Made by a program: the position numbers and the translations under genes
Notes under the pieces: model-generated
Seen by the model: only the letters and a program-made list of their open reading frames with translations
What the model was told of the DNA's origin: nothing
The model's database searches: none
Shown: in pieces, positions 1 through 10,170 of the stretch
Layout: each line of letters opens with the position of its first letter
How positions within the stretch are numbered: the stretch's first letter is position 1
IMG/VR virus record: IMGVR_UViG_3300029913_001576
DNA: 64,000 bases
Source: an uncultured virus (IMG/VR IMGVR_UViG_3300029913_001576)
Taxonomy: Duplodnaviria; Heunggongvirae; Uroviricota; Caudoviricetes
Strand: one strand, 5' to 3'

Positions 1-250
1 TCAAATTCGGGGAGTGAGTCAGCGTTCCACACGCAATCAAGAGCACACCCAGGACTTCGACACCTATACAAATTCTGGGTTCACGATGAAGAAACACGTT
101 ATGACGCCTAATAAGTTCGGCCCGCTCGCGAGCTTCTTCCTCTTCGCCGTTTGGGAAAAAGTGCTGAAACATGGCCTTGGAGAGCGACACCCATGGGTTG
201 TCCGGGGTGGGCGAAGTAGTGGGCTGCGAGGAATGCTGGATCGTGCTCAT
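1..250 (-). CDS. hypothetical protein, 3'-partial (runs off the window)
   Basis: ATG at 250; open frame MSTIQHSSQPTT... continues to the window edge; same strand as neighbours. Confidence 0.5.
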   Translation of the reverse strand, partial: MSTIQHSSQPTTSPTPDNPWVSLSKAMFQHFFPNGEEEEARERAELIRRHNVFLHREPRICIGVEVLGVLLIACGTLTHSPNL

Positions 251-288
251 AGGTGAGAATGGAAGGCTTTTGTGGATGACCGGGAGAG

Positions 289-507
289 TTAGGACGGGTG
301 GAAACGCTCGTGGAATTTGCAGAACAGTCCGTTCTTTCCATGACCCTTGAGCCGTTTGCATTGATGGCTCAGCGGGCTTCGGCCGCCGTCCGCCACCGAA
401 TGCGCGCAATGAGCGGGGCTATACGGCGTCCCCTGAGGGTTCCCACCCCATCGGTTGTAACGGTAGGAGGCCAATCCTTTGGAAGTTTCGGGTAGGTTGA
501 AGCTCAT
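289..507 (-). CDS. small Cys/His-rich hypothetical protein
   Basis: 72 aa with C...C..HG...C..H pattern; co-oriented with the cluster. Confidence 0.55.
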   Translation of the reverse strand: MSFNLPETSKGLASYRYNRWGGNPQGTPYSPAHCAHSVADGGRSPLSHQCKRLKGHGKNGLFCKFHERFHPS

Positions 508-618
508 GCCGGGACTGCGTTAGAAGCCATATCGAGTCCCGCCAAGATGATCGGCAGGGACTGCTTTGGTTTCAAGGGGACTATTGAAAAAAAATGCACC
601 CTCCGCCGCCGACTGCGT

Positions 619-882
619 TTAGACCCAACACCAAAGGCGGTAGCCGCCGTAGAAGAGCAGCGGGACCACGAAGGTCGAAACCCATGTCACGCCTGCCCCC
701 GCGGCCATGGCCTGCCGATAATTCAGCCGATTAGGGTTTCGGTAGATCCACTGCTCCTTGTACATGCGTAGACCGTTAAGCAGGCCGATCAGGCACCAGA
801 TGGCCGACGCCAAAGCCACATGAAGAGTGTTCGAAGATTGCTCCGTTGGGCTGTTGGCAGGGAATCCGCCGGCGGGCACCAA
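619..882 (-). CDS. membrane protein, start uncertain
   Basis: Two hydrophobic segments; the frame stays open and hydrophobic upstream to beyond 1000 without an in-frame ATG/GTG/TTG. Confidence 0.45.
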   Translation of the reverse strand: MVPAGGFPANSPTEQSSNTLHVALASAIWCLIGLLNGLRMYKEQWIYRNPNRLNYRQAMAAGAGVTWVSTFVVPLLFYGGYRLWCWV

Positions 883-1022
883 GATGAAGGAGAGCAGTAC
901 AGTGGAGACTAGGGCCGAAACAGCTCCGGCAAAGTAGCCGGAGGTGTCTGGCGTGATCCGGAGAACGACAGTGTAAATGGCAGGTGCTGCACTCGCCCTA
1001 TTGGCGCATGGGGCATGGCGCC

Positions 1023-2186
1023 TCAGCGGTAGTTGATCTTCGAGCCGTTCAACTGCAAGTGCGGGTCGAGGACGTACGGAATCCCGTTGAGGCGAAGAGT
1101 GTCGCCCTCGATCACGAAGCTTTTCTCGGTGTTACTGCGGCTGCCCGGAACCGGGTACGAGAGGATTACTGTGCCGTTGGTTACGTACCAGTAGCCCATG
1201 GTCGCGTTCGCGAGCGCCTGAACTTTGGTCTGGATCTGCATGTTGTAGACCGGCCCGGAAAAGAGCGTCCCGTCTGCGAGGAACATCACGAGTTCGTTTG
1301 GCGAAATGAATGCCTTGTGGTCGGTTTGCTTGCCGAACTCGTTTTCTGCCGCAGTCCTTGCGTACGGAACTGCCGTCATGAAGCGGGTGTACTTCTCGGA
1401 CAGAACGTCATCCACCGAGCCGAGTTTGTAGTCCCTTATGTCGGCATCGAACTGCGTGCGGGAGGCGTTATTCTGGAGATTTCGCTTGGAGGCGGGCCTC
1501 AGCCGAACATGGGCGAAGAGCACGGCCACCCGGTTCGAGCCTGCTACCGACAGTGCGGTAATGTAATCCTTTGCGTAGGCAGGCATCATGACGATGGAGC
1601 CGAACTGGTCCCAGTGGTGGATAATGATACCTTCCAGATTCCCGCTCTGGATAGGGCCGATGGAAAACCCGCCGTACCCGAGGTCGAGATTGAGCGTGGG
1701 CGTGCTGGCAGTAGTGAAGAACGACTTGTTGTCGGGATTGTAGCGGTACATCATGAGCCTCAGCGTCACAGGAATGTCCTGGGTCCCGTCCAATACCCGG
1801 TGCGCCCAAGCGAGCGCCCCCGTGTTTTTCTCAGCCTCGCTCTGACCGCCGCCGGTCGATGAAAACTCGTCGCCGCCTCCTTCTCCGAGATTGAATCCGC
1901 GAATAAAGGTCTCTTCATCCGTGTTCTTGAGGAGGTACAGGAAGGCGGCTTCCTGCCGGCGCGAAACCGGGTCTCCGAGGAAGGTCTTGCAGAGCACATT
2001 GTCCGTGTTCGCTGGAGGGATCTGATCCTCGGGGATGCACCCTGCCGACGGGGCGGCGGCCGCAACCGGGGCGGGCGGTTTCGCGATGGGCGCCCCAAAC
2101 TCGTCGGTTTGGGCCGCAGCGTAATTAAAGCCTGCCAGGGCAAGGACTGCCGCGAGGAGGCAAGTGACGGAGCGAGTTGTGGTCAT
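1023..2186 (-). CDS. secreted hypothetical protein
   Basis: Likely start MTTTRSVTCLLAAVLALAGFNYAAA (signal peptide); 387 aa. Confidence 0.7.
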   Translation of the reverse strand: MTTTRSVTCLLAAVLALAGFNYAAAQTDEFGAPIAKPPAPVAAAAPSAGCIPEDQIPPANTDNVLCKTFLGDPVSRRQEAAFLYLLKNTDEETFIRGFNLGEGGGDEFSSTGGGQSEAEKNTGALAWAHRVLDGTQDIPVTLRLMMYRYNPDNKSFFTTASTPTLNLDLGYGGFSIGPIQSGNLEGIIIHHWDQFGSIVMMPAYAKDYITALSVAGSNRVAVLFAHVRLRPASKRNLQNNASRTQFDADIRDYKLGSVDDVLSEKYTRFMTAVPYARTAAENEFGKQTDHKAFISPNELVMFLADGTLFSGPVYNMQIQTKVQALANATMGYWYVTNGTVILSYPVPGSRSNTEKSFVIEGDTLRLNGIPYVLDPHLQLNGSKINYR

Positions 2187-2338
2187 AGGGAGGTTGCGCC
2201 GGGATGATTCGAAAGAGACACATCTGACGCATCGCCCCAAAAGGGCCGATCCGTCGTCTTTTGCGGGCTTGAACTTATTAAAGGCGCACATGGGTCTGCT
2301 CGATTGGGACGTGGTCCGATTGTTGGTCGCCAAACAAG

Positions 2339-2776
2339 CTAAGAGAAATCGACCTCCTTGCGGGCTTCCAACCTGGCTAATTTGGAGCCGTAGATGATTT
2401 CGAGGTTCTTCCGGATTCCGTCGATCTGATCCCGGCATTTTGCGGTGACCCCTTCACTATCAAGGAGCAATTCGCCAGCTGCAAAGCGTCGGAGAATAAT
2501 TCCTGCATAGGTGGCGATCATGTCGAGCCACTGCTCCTTTGCGAAGGAGACAGGGTATGGCTCCCCTCGATCCGCGGCTTCCTGTGCCGATTCCTTGAGG
2601 TCCTGCAAACGACTCCATAACGAAAAACATGCGTCGCTTAAAGGACCCGTCCCGTCGGAACAGTCGTTGCCTGTTAGGAGGCGTTCTTCATCGGTGAGTA
2701 GAGCCGCGAAGGCGATCTCAGCCTCGACGATTTTGGTGAGAGCCGCAGCCCGGGATGTGTGAGTTGAGGATGACAT
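2339..2776 (-). CDS. hypothetical protein
   Basis: 145 aa helical ORF; CCCATAATT motif upstream at about 2819-2827. Confidence 0.6.
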   Translation of the reverse strand: MSSSTHTSRAAALTKIVEAEIAFAALLTDEERLLTGNDCSDGTGPLSDACFSLWSRLQDLKESAQEAADRGEPYPVSFAKEQWLDMIATYAGIILRRFAAGELLLDSEGVTAKCRDQIDGIRKNLEIIYGSKLARLEARKEVDFS

Positions 2777-2892
2777 GGTGAAAAAGCGTGCTTCGACGGA
2801 CGAATCGCCGCCTTATCCAATTATGGGAGGCGCCTCCCACGAAACCTCCTCGTGGCAACCAAAGAGAGGGCGGCCTCACGCCTTCAGCGAAG

Positions 2893-3135
2893 CTATTGCG
2901 GACGGAGCATATCCGGCCAACCCCATCGTGCCTGCTGCACCAGGCAGCGACGCTGATGTTGCACGATTCCCTTGGTGGTGAAACGCAGGCCGCACGCGCA
3001 TAAGCACTTAGCCGTCCCCGAAGATCCTGTGTTAAAGGTTCCCCTGGACCTTCGGCGCTTGTCCGCACGAGTCTGCAAACGAGCCAACTGATCGGCGGAG
3101 AGCTTGAGCGGTTCCCTATGCATGGGGGTTGCCAA
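2893..3135 (-). CDS. small zinc-finger-like protein
   Basis: CACGLRFTTKGIVQHQRRC motif. Confidence 0.5.
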   Translation of the reverse strand: MATPMHREPLKLSADQLARLQTRADKRRRSRGTFNTGSSGTAKCLCACGLRFTTKGIVQHQRRCLVQQARWGWPDMLRPQ

Positions 3136-3141
3136 AGCGCC

Positions 3142-3477
3142 CTACCCCACGCTTTCTGGTGCGAAGTCGGCGTAGTGGAGCGCGGCTTTCTCGACGAAAT
3201 GCAGGTCGAGCGGCGGAAGGCCCTCAAATTTAGCCAGGTAGCCGGATTCGGAGAAGGACCCCACGTACTCGATTTGCTGCACCCTCATGATGCGTGCTGG
3301 CAGATTGCGGTTTGGGTATGTCACTGCCACGAACTCTCCGCGCTCAGGCACCCACCTCGCTGGCGTCGATCCGTCGGGCAGTTCAACAGAGACGGCCCGC
3401 GGCCGATAGCGAAGGACCAGGATGAGCACTGCGAGGAAGACCGCAAGGGCCGGGATCGTGGGTAATGTCGAGGGCAT
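3142..3477 (-). CDS. membrane-anchored hypothetical protein
   Basis: Start MPSTLPTIPALAVFLAVLILVL; N-terminal TM helix. Confidence 0.55.
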   Translation of the reverse strand: MPSTLPTIPALAVFLAVLILVLRYRPRAVSVELPDGSTPARWVPERGEFVAVTYPNRNLPARIMRVQQIEYVGSFSESGYLAKFEGLPPLDLHFVEKAALHYADFAPESVG

Positions 3478-3484
3478 GGGGAAG

Positions 3485-3673
3485 TCAGTCACGGCCTGCG
3501 TCGGATGTGCCGATCCATGAAGCGCTGGCCATGCAAAGGAGAGCTGCGCCGCCAAAAGCCACGGCCATGAGCCCGCCCGAGCGGAAGCACGCACCGAAGC
3601 AAACGAGGCCCGCGGTCACCGCGAGAACGGTGTTGCGGAGGCTATAGGTGCAGAAAAATCGGGTAAGGTTCAT
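3485..3673 (-). CDS. small membrane protein
   Basis: 62 aa, two hydrophobic segments. Confidence 0.5.
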   Translation of the reverse strand: MNLTRFFCTYSLRNTVLAVTAGLVCFGACFRSGGLMAVAFGGAALLCMASASWIGTSDAGRD

Positions 3674-3699
3674 TCGTTACAGGAAGAGGGTGGACTGGC

Positions 3700-3939
3700 C
3701 TACGCCGGGGTTGAGACTCCCGGCACCGGCTCTTTGATGTCGCCGGCGTCGATCCTGGAACGAAGGACTGCCGCCGCAGCGGCGAGACGGTTATACGCTT
3801 CGATGGTGCCGATCTGCACTTCGAGACTGCGAACTGCGGTCTCAAGCCCGAAATCGCATGGCCTCTTGATAATCTCCGGAGCTTTGGCGAGGAAGGCCGG
3901 AGAGGTAAGCACATCGCCCTTGGGTGCAGTTGGAGGCAT
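3700..3939 (-). CDS. hypothetical protein
   Basis: 79 aa; fits the tightly packed minus-strand array. Confidence 0.5.
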   Translation of the reverse strand: MPPTAPKGDVLTSPAFLAKAPEIIKRPCDFGLETAVRSLEVQIGTIEAYNRLAAAAAVLRSRIDAGDIKEPVPGVSTPA

Positions 3940-3965
3940 CGGGTGGCTATGTTGAACTGAGGCAA

Positions 3966-4178
3966 TTATCGTCTTCGCGCCCGTTGACGAATCCAGCGTT
4001 GTAATGCGGTTCCTGGCCAGAAAATCCCGAAGCCTACGGAGAGGAACCCGATCATGATAAAGACATCGTTCTCAAGGGAAGCCCACCGGCCTGCATCGTG
4101 GATCGCAAAGCCAAGGTATCCGCAAACGACTGCGAGAGCCCCGAAAGCGACGAACAGAACGCGGTCGAGGATCTTCAT
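3966..4178 (-). CDS. small membrane protein
   Basis: MKILDRVLFVAFG...; two TM helices; start overlaps the upstream stop. Confidence 0.55.
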   Translation of the reverse strand: MKILDRVLFVAFGALAVVCGYLGFAIHDAGRWASLENDVFIMIGFLSVGFGIFWPGTALQRWIRQRARRR

Positions 4179-4399
4179 AGCGGCACTGCCACAGGGGCTT
4201 TGGACGCTCGGCAAATGAATTCGCTTAGGCATTTACCGCAAACCGGGAGAGCATAGGGGTTGGCGGAGATTGGCCCGCCCTCCTCCTCGAAAAGAAACGG
4301 CTCGTCGCATTGCGGACAGCGGATCTTTCCAGACGTGACCATCGCGGCGTCAAAGGCGGATTCAGCTGCGGCCTCCATGCGCTCAACTTGATCCATCAT
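4175..4399 (-). CDS. zinc-ribbon protein
   Basis: CPQC ... CGKC pairs. Confidence 0.6.
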   Translation of the reverse strand: MMDQVERMEAAAESAFDAAMVTSGKIRCPQCDEPFLFEEEGGPISANPYALPVCGKCLSEFICRASKAPVAVPL

Positions 4400-4440
4400 C
4401 GAGATTTCGGGTTGAGGGATTGGATGCGAGCAACGCCTCG

Positions 4441-4629
4441 TCAACGAGGGGCGACTCCGAAAGACCGCCTCATGATGCTGGAAGCAAGGAGGCAGGTTCC
4501 TCCGAAAAACACGCCGCGAACACTGTAGGTCGCCGAGTAGGTCGGGCAATCAGGCCAGAACGTGGCGAGCAAGAAAAGCAGGAGTCCAAGGCCGAGAAGT
4601 ACGAGAGTGGCGGGTTTGCGAGCGTTCAC
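4441..4629 (-). CDS. small membrane protein
   Basis: GTG start 5 nt after a CATCTT motif; two TM helices. Confidence 0.55.
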   Translation of the reverse strand: MNARKPATLVLLGLGLLLFLLATFWPDCPTYSATYSVRGVFFGGTCLLASSIMRRSFGVAPR

Positions 4630-4647
4630 GGTGTAAGATGGGAGAGG

Positions 4648-5196
4648 TTACGGGGAGTTAGTCTGAGCGTAGAGAACCCCAGCCTTAGACATATAGTCCT
4701 CAACCGTAGTGTGGTCCTGAATTAGATCGTGGACAGGGAAGGTGTTTTTGGTGTGCCACTGACCGTTGGCTTGCTCGAATTGAATCACCCAAAAGCCGAT
4801 GGCCGCGCTCGGGAAGAACGTGTTAGTGATCTGAGCCCTGCCGGCAGTCCCGTCGATCCATGGGGTCCAAGTGCGGTCCCATGTCCGCGACTGCGAACAT
4901 TCAACCACGAGTTTGAATCGCTGCGACACCCCATTCATGCGGTCGGTCTCCGTAACTGGCACGGCGTAAATGGATGTTCGCGGACCGTGGAGTTGAACGA
5001 GTTGTAGTTTCTTTGAGCCGAGGAGTTTGTTGACCGCACACCAGTCACCAGTGGTCGTCAGGCGAAACGTGCTGTTGAGCAGCGTGTCTGCTTGAATCTC
5101 GTTCGCGGACGGAGCATGCGCCAACTGGACTCCCTCTCTCGAACAAGCGCAGGTCGCGATTACAGAAAGGAAAGCGAGTGTAGCCTGGAATTTCAT
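4648..5196 (-). CDS. putative lipoprotein
   Basis: MKFQATLAFLSVIATCAC lipobox-like signal. Confidence 0.6.
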   Translation of the reverse strand: MKFQATLAFLSVIATCACSREGVQLAHAPSANEIQADTLLNSTFRLTTTGDWCAVNKLLGSKKLQLVQLHGPRTSIYAVPVTETDRMNGVSQRFKLVVECSQSRTWDRTWTPWIDGTAGRAQITNTFFPSAAIGFWVIQFEQANGQWHTKNTFPVHDLIQDHTTVEDYMSKAGVLYAQTNSP

Positions 5197-5228
5197 TGAA
5201 CGTGGGCGAACTGGCGTTGGTGGAGGTA

Positions 5229-5555
5229 TCAACCCGCCGTGTGAACTGTGCTTCGTCGAAGACGCCGAGGGTTGATCGCGGAAACATCCGACCCGTCTTC
5301 GAGACGAACGGCCAATGCGAACATGCGCTTCGAACTTACGGTCACCCGTTTCGGAGGCATTGCACGCCGAAGTCGGGTTGCATGGTCGCGGGCTCGCTCA
5401 AGCACGGCCTTGTCCGGGCAGCTGGCGCCACTGACCTTCTTTTCGCCGGGAAGCTGCCCAAACCTGGGCGAGCAGGCGCGAACCAGTGATTCGAGCACAA
5501 CGAGAGTGTCTTCGTGACTGGAGGGAAGGCTTCTGGAGGAACGGATCTGTTTCAT
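5229..5555 (-). CDS. hypothetical protein
   Basis: 108 aa basic ORF in the array. Confidence 0.4.
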   Translation of the reverse strand: MKQIRSSRSLPSSHEDTLVVLESLVRACSPRFGQLPGEKKVSGASCPDKAVLERARDHATRLRRAMPPKRVTVSSKRMFALAVRLEDGSDVSAINPRRLRRSTVHTAG

Positions 5556-5562
5556 GGGGGCT

Positions 5563-6045
5563 TCAGGACGGCGTGTTGACGAAGACCCATTCGCCCGGGA
5601 ATTCATCTCGTGTGTGCTGGGCCGAAAGGGAGTATCCGCCGTACTTTCCGCTGGCTGAATAGAGACTCAGGTTGCCGGAACCGAAGGAGCGCACTTCGCA
5701 CATCTCCCAGGGATGCTCGGGTGCCTTTCGGTACTGCCAAAACCCAACTTTGTCGGGAAAGCTTGTTTTGCCCTTCGGGCAATTCCTTGGGAGTGGCGGA
5801 TACGGCATGAAGTGTGTCGGTCGTGCCGTGACGGGATCGCGGTGGTTAAGCCAGAACCCCTCTTCGCCGGTAGTGGGGTGAAAATAGCTGTCGATCCCGA
5901 TCACATCAGCGTCGTTGACCACTATGACGGGGTCGGACCAACAGCTCCCATTTGACGGGGGCACCCCCGGTGTCCAATCGCCAAAGCGCGCTACAGGCGA
6001 TAAACCAGGTGCGGTCGGCGGGCGAGCAAGGGTCTTGGATGTCAT
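5563..6045 (-). CDS. hypothetical phage/plasmid protein (DUF551-like N-terminal half)
   Basis: W...PP...PTHFMPYPPLP pattern. Confidence 0.55.
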   Translation of the reverse strand: MTSKTLARPPTAPGLSPVARFGDWTPGVPPSNGSCWSDPVIVVNDADVIGIDSYFHPTTGEEGFWLNHRDPVTARPTHFMPYPPLPRNCPKGKTSFPDKVGFWQYRKAPEHPWEMCEVRSFGSGNLSLYSASGKYGGYSLSAQHTRDEFPGEWVFVNTPS

Positions 6046-6081
6046 GATGGTTTAAGAGAAGATGGGTACCCCCCGGGGGGC

Positions 6082-6720
6082 CTATTTGAAGTACGGCACA
6101 AGGGGGGTTTGGTAGGCAAGATAGAGAGGATGAATAGGGCTTCCATTGATGTTCTTGCCGAAGCATAGAACCTTGTTCAGGCTGCACACTTCGCGAAGAA
6201 GACGCTCGACCTCGGCACCGCGGCCATGCTTGTGCCCTGGATTGCCCCAGCACACCACGACGAAGCGAGCGGCAGGAACGATCTTCCGAATCCACTCATC
6301 GTTCTCGGGAAGGTTCACACAGGGGAAATCCTTCAGTCTGGTCGATGCCGTCAACCTGATCGAAAGAGCGTTCAACTGGTAGTAGCCGCCAACACTCCAG
6401 TGATCCCTCGCACGGATGACCATTCTATCGACGGTAGAATCGCCGAAAATTTCGTCGGCCCGACTGGGGTTCATACCAATCCCGACAACGTAATCATTGG
6501 GGTTGCGCTCCTCGAAGGCCCGAAACCACGTGAACCGATGCGCGCGGTCCGCGCTAAAAAGTGTTCGTGCTACGTCCTGAGGGTGCTTCGCCCTTGTGAG
6601 ATCCGGCTTCGGCGGGAGAGCACCTGGGGCGGCGGACGTGAAGCCGCCTCTCTTTCCTTCCCGAAGAGAAGGAGCCGCTGATTCGACGGCTAGAAAGGAT
6701 AGCTGGGAAGAATTGGGCAC
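6082..6720 (-). CDS. DUF1643 family protein
   Basis: IGMNPSRAD, VVVCWGN and GSPIHPLY motifs. Confidence 0.85.
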   Translation of the reverse strand: MPNSSQLSFLAVESAAPSLREGKRGGFTSAAPGALPPKPDLTRAKHPQDVARTLFSADRAHRFTWFRAFEERNPNDYVVGIGMNPSRADEIFGDSTVDRMVIRARDHWSVGGYYQLNALSIRLTASTRLKDFPCVNLPENDEWIRKIVPAARFVVVCWGNPGHKHGRGAEVERLLREVCSLNKVLCFGKNINGSPIHPLYLAYQTPLVPYFK

Positions 6721-6750
6721 GTGAATGCGAAGTCGGCTCGTTCTCGTTGC

Positions 6751-7173
6751 TCAAGGGGGCGAGGGAGCGTTGCCAGACTTGGCCGTCTCAATGGCCGCCT
6801 TTAACTTGCGATATTGAGTCAGCTCGGCGAGATGGTCGCCAAAGCCTATCTTCCAAGCAAGAATCACGTTGCCTCCCGTGGTGTGAAGCGTCACTCGGGT
6901 GCTCCGGACGAAAGAGGCCACGAGCCAAAAGAGCAGCAAAGGGAGGAGAGGTATCAAGAACACCTTGAACATGAAACCGCGGAACAGGACTGCTAAAAAT
7001 GCGCAGGGAACGGCTGTAGCCAGCAGGGGAATAAGGGCAACGGCGACGAAGTTAGACGAACGCACATCGACAGAAGACACTTTGTCGAGGAACAAGGTGT
7101 GGTTGGCCGTGCGAATCTCGGTCCTTGTGACCGTGATGGTACCGTCGGAGTAGTAATTTTCGGGAGGTGCCAT
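6751..7173 (-). CDS. DUF6232-like membrane protein
   Basis: YYSDGTITVT...VSSVDV N-terminus followed by two TM helices. Confidence 0.6.
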   Translation of the reverse strand: MAPPENYYSDGTITVTRTEIRTANHTLFLDKVSSVDVRSSNFVAVALIPLLATAVPCAFLAVLFRGFMFKVFLIPLLPLLLFWLVASFVRSTRVTLHTTGGNVILAWKIGFGDHLAELTQYRKLKAAIETAKSGNAPSPP

Positions 7174-7238
7174 TGGGGAGGGAGCGCCATGTTCAATTAT
7201 GGGGGGGGCACGCCATAGAGGTGCGGGAGGTCGGCGGC

Positions 7239-7736
7239 CTATTTTGAAGTCGGGACGCGTTCAACAGTGAGTGCGATCCCCGTCGGCGTCGTGACTTTGT
7301 GGACAATGTAGACGGAGTCGTAGTTGGCTGCGACCAGAATCTCACCTGGGATACGGTGGTTAGACAGCTGGTCCTGAAGGGAGATCAAGTTCTCCAATGT
7401 GTCGCGCACACGGTTGGTGCGGTGGTCGCCTTCGTCGCAATGCACCGACATCAGGGGGTACCCAGGCGTGCGGTTCAGCGTCTCCATCAGGCGTTTCTCG
7501 TCCTTGACGTGCTCCTGTGTATCAAACCTTACGGCAAACCGGTGCCCCTCGTAACAAATAGCGCCAACGACCAACCACACCACGGTGGCTAGAAGGAAAC
7601 GAGGGGTATTCTCTGCGACGGTCTTTTTCTTGTCGCGAACAGAAAGGCAAATGCCGAAGAGGATCGCCAGTGCGAAGAGAACATTGAGGAGGGTGTTCGA
7701 AGTGCTGTTAAGGGAGTTGGAGAAGCTTGCGATCAT
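7239..7736 (-). CDS. membrane protein
   Basis: Two N-terminal TM helices; 165 aa. Confidence 0.6.
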   Translation of the reverse strand: MIASFSNSLNSTSNTLLNVLFALAILFGICLSVRDKKKTVAENTPRFLLATVVWLVVGAICYEGHRFAVRFDTQEHVKDEKRLMETLNRTPGYPLMSVHCDEGDHRTNRVRDTLENLISLQDQLSNHRIPGEILVAANYDSVYIVHKVTTPTGIALTVERVPTSK

Positions 7737-7763
7737 AGGAGGAGGTGGTTTGAGGTAAGATGG

Positions 7764-10025
7764 TCAGCCCAAGTCTGCGCCCTCGGGTAGCTTGAGGCGA
7801 TAGAGAAGCCCCGAGCACCGTTCGTTCGGCTTGTTATTTGCCACAGCGATGTGGAGCGCGCTTCGGTCACCGATCATGACCACTAGCTTCTTCCCACGCG
7901 TGACGCCGGTATAGACTAGGTTTCGGGCGAGCATGATCGAGTAGCTCCGCGTCATGGGCAGGATGACCGCCGGAAATTCGGAACCTTGGCTGCGGTGGAC
8001 CGTCATCGCGTAGGCGAGAGTCAGGTCGCTCAATTCCTTCCGCGTGTACTCGACCTCATTTGCGTCGAACCGGACGACGACCTTGCCGGATTCGCGGTGA
8101 CGGCCAACAATAAAGCCGACCTCGCCGTTGTACACCCCGAGATCGTAATTGTTCCGGGTCTGAATTACGCGGTCACCTGCGCGGAACGTGCTGAACCCAT
8201 TTGAGATAGCCTCCATGCCGGGACGCTCGGGATTGAGGAGCGACTGGAGCATCTTGTTCAACTCCCCGACCCCCAGGGGGCCTTTGTGCATCGGGGCCAA
8301 GACCATCACGTCTTTCATCGGATCGAGGCCGAATTTCAGAGGGATGCGGTCGAGGACCAGCTTCGCGATGGTGGCGCGCACCTTTTCGGCAAGATCCGCC
8401 CTCCATTCTTCAGCCGTCTCGGAAGGGTCTCGCGGCGGGCTGTGGAAAATAAAGTCGTCCACCTTCGGGTCACCGCTGTCCGGAACCTTGCCCTCGTTGA
8501 TCGTATGAGCGGCTAGAATAATCTTCGAGGCGGCTGCCTGACGGAAAATCGTGCGGAGGTAGACGGTCGGGATGCGCTTGGACTCGATCAAGTCCGAAAG
8601 GAAGGTGCCCGGGCCGACGCTCGGCAATTGGTCCACGTCGCCAATGAAGATTAGCGTGGCGTGTGCCGGCAGGGCACGCAGGAAGCGGGACGCAAGGGGG
8701 ATGTCTAGCATCGAGGACTCGTCGATGATGAAGAAGTCTCCCGGGAGGGGATTCTTTTCGTTGAACTCGAAATCGTTCTCGCGGGGTTTGAACGCGAGCG
8801 TGCGGTGAAGAGTCTTTGCCTCAAAACCGGTGGCCTCGGACATTCTCTTGGCGGCGCGGCCCGTCGGTGCGCATAAGACGGGCTTCTTGTCCGCGCCCTT
8901 GATGACTTGGAGGAGCGTGGCCAAGGCGGTGGTCTTTCCGGTACCTGGTCCACCAGTGATGACGCTCACCCGGTGAGTGAGCGAGGTGATGACCCCTACC
9001 CGCTGTGAATCGGATAGCGTTTTGCCGGTCGCGACCTGAGCCTCCGCAACGCGCTTTTCAAGTTCAGGGATCGGGGTGGCCAAAGGCGCGAGGGCCAAGA
9101 GGCGAATGATCTTCGCGGCGTGGCGCTCGTGCCGATTCATGCTCGGCAGGTAAATAACCGCTTCACTCTCCTGGGACTCTCGCTCCAGCTTCCCATCGGT
9201 GATGAGCTTCTCCAGATAGCTCGCCACCATGACCGGGTCCACCTGGAGAAGCTTGATCGCCCCGTTGGTGACCATGGGCTGGCGCATGCACGTGTGCCCC
9301 TGCCCCTTTGCCTCTTCGAGAACATAGACGATGCCCGCGCCGATGCGGTGTTCGGACTCGCGAAGCTCCGGGCTGATTTTAAGCGCAATCTGATCCGCAG
9401 TGATGAAGCCGATTCCATCTACGTCGTGCGCGAGGATGTAGGGGTTCTCCTTGACGATGCGAAGCGCCTCCTCGCCGAGATTGCGATGAATGCGCGTCGC
9501 CTTGTTGGGGCTCACTCCGTGCTCTCCGAGGAATACCATGAGATCCCGGATGACCGTCTGCTCCTTCCACGACTCCCTGATGGACGTGAGCCGCTTGGCC
9601 CCAATGCCCTTAACCTCGCCCAAGCGGGCGGACTCGGTGTCGAGGACCTGGATCGTTTTCTCGCCGAAGTGGTCCACGATGCGCCCCGCAAGCTCCGGCC
9701 CTACGCCGTAGATTAACCCAGAGGACAGGAAGGCCACTATGCCCTCCCGGGTCGTGGGCTCGATCACCCTGATGAGAGTGGCCTGCATCTGGCGGCCGTA
9801 GACCTTGTCCTCGATCCAATGACCGTCCGCCGCCACCGACATGCCCTCTTTGACGTTGGGGCACGTGCCCTTGACCACCTGCTTGTCGCGACGGTCCCCC
9901 TCGATGGCCAAAACCGAGAAGCCCGTATCCGGGGAACGAAAGATGACGCGGATCACCTTGCCACTGCATGTATCAGTGTGGGCGACAACAGCTTCCTTTA
10001 AGGAAGCAAAGGCGGTAGCGGGCAT
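7764..10025 (-). CDS. recD2: RecD2/TraA-family SF1B ATP-dependent DNA helicase
   Basis: N-terminal OB and HhH region, GGPGTGKT, CAPTGRAAKR, IIDESSM, GDVDQLPSVGPG, AYAMTVHRSQGSEF, YTGVTRGK. Confidence 0.95.
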   Translation of the reverse strand: MPATAFASLKEAVVAHTDTCSGKVIRVIFRSPDTGFSVLAIEGDRRDKQVVKGTCPNVKEGMSVAADGHWIEDKVYGRQMQATLIRVIEPTTREGIVAFLSSGLIYGVGPELAGRIVDHFGEKTIQVLDTESARLGEVKGIGAKRLTSIRESWKEQTVIRDLMVFLGEHGVSPNKATRIHRNLGEEALRIVKENPYILAHDVDGIGFITADQIALKISPELRESEHRIGAGIVYVLEEAKGQGHTCMRQPMVTNGAIKLLQVDPVMVASYLEKLITDGKLERESQESEAVIYLPSMNRHERHAAKIIRLLALAPLATPIPELEKRVAEAQVATGKTLSDSQRVGVITSLTHRVSVITGGPGTGKTTALATLLQVIKGADKKPVLCAPTGRAAKRMSEATGFEAKTLHRTLAFKPRENDFEFNEKNPLPGDFFIIDESSMLDIPLASRFLRALPAHATLIFIGDVDQLPSVGPGTFLSDLIESKRIPTVYLRTIFRQAAASKIILAAHTINEGKVPDSGDPKVDDFIFHSPPRDPSETAEEWRADLAEKVRATIAKLVLDRIPLKFGLDPMKDVMVLAPMHKGPLGVGELNKMLQSLLNPERPGMEAISNGFSTFRAGDRVIQTRNNYDLGVYNGEVGFIVGRHRESGKVVVRFDANEVEYTRKELSDLTLAYAMTVHRSQGSEFPAVILPMTRSYSIMLARNLVYTGVTRGKKLVVMIGDRSALHIAVANNKPNERCSGLLYRLKLPEGADLG

Positions 10026-10170
10026 AGGACAAGTATGGGGGTGTCCATGGCCAGTCCCGCGCCAGAAGTGCCCGGCACGGTATCATCGCAACAACCATTA
10101 TCGCCAGTATCCCCCCAAAAACAAGGGGCTTCTGGAAGTTAAGTGGCGACCGCTCCCCCATAATTGAAGA

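Noticed and set aside
984..1862. Long antisense ORFs (e.g. 984-1862, 10978-12081, 31403-32527, 18152-19006)
   Set aside because: Shadow frames opposite well-supported genes in GC-rich DNA
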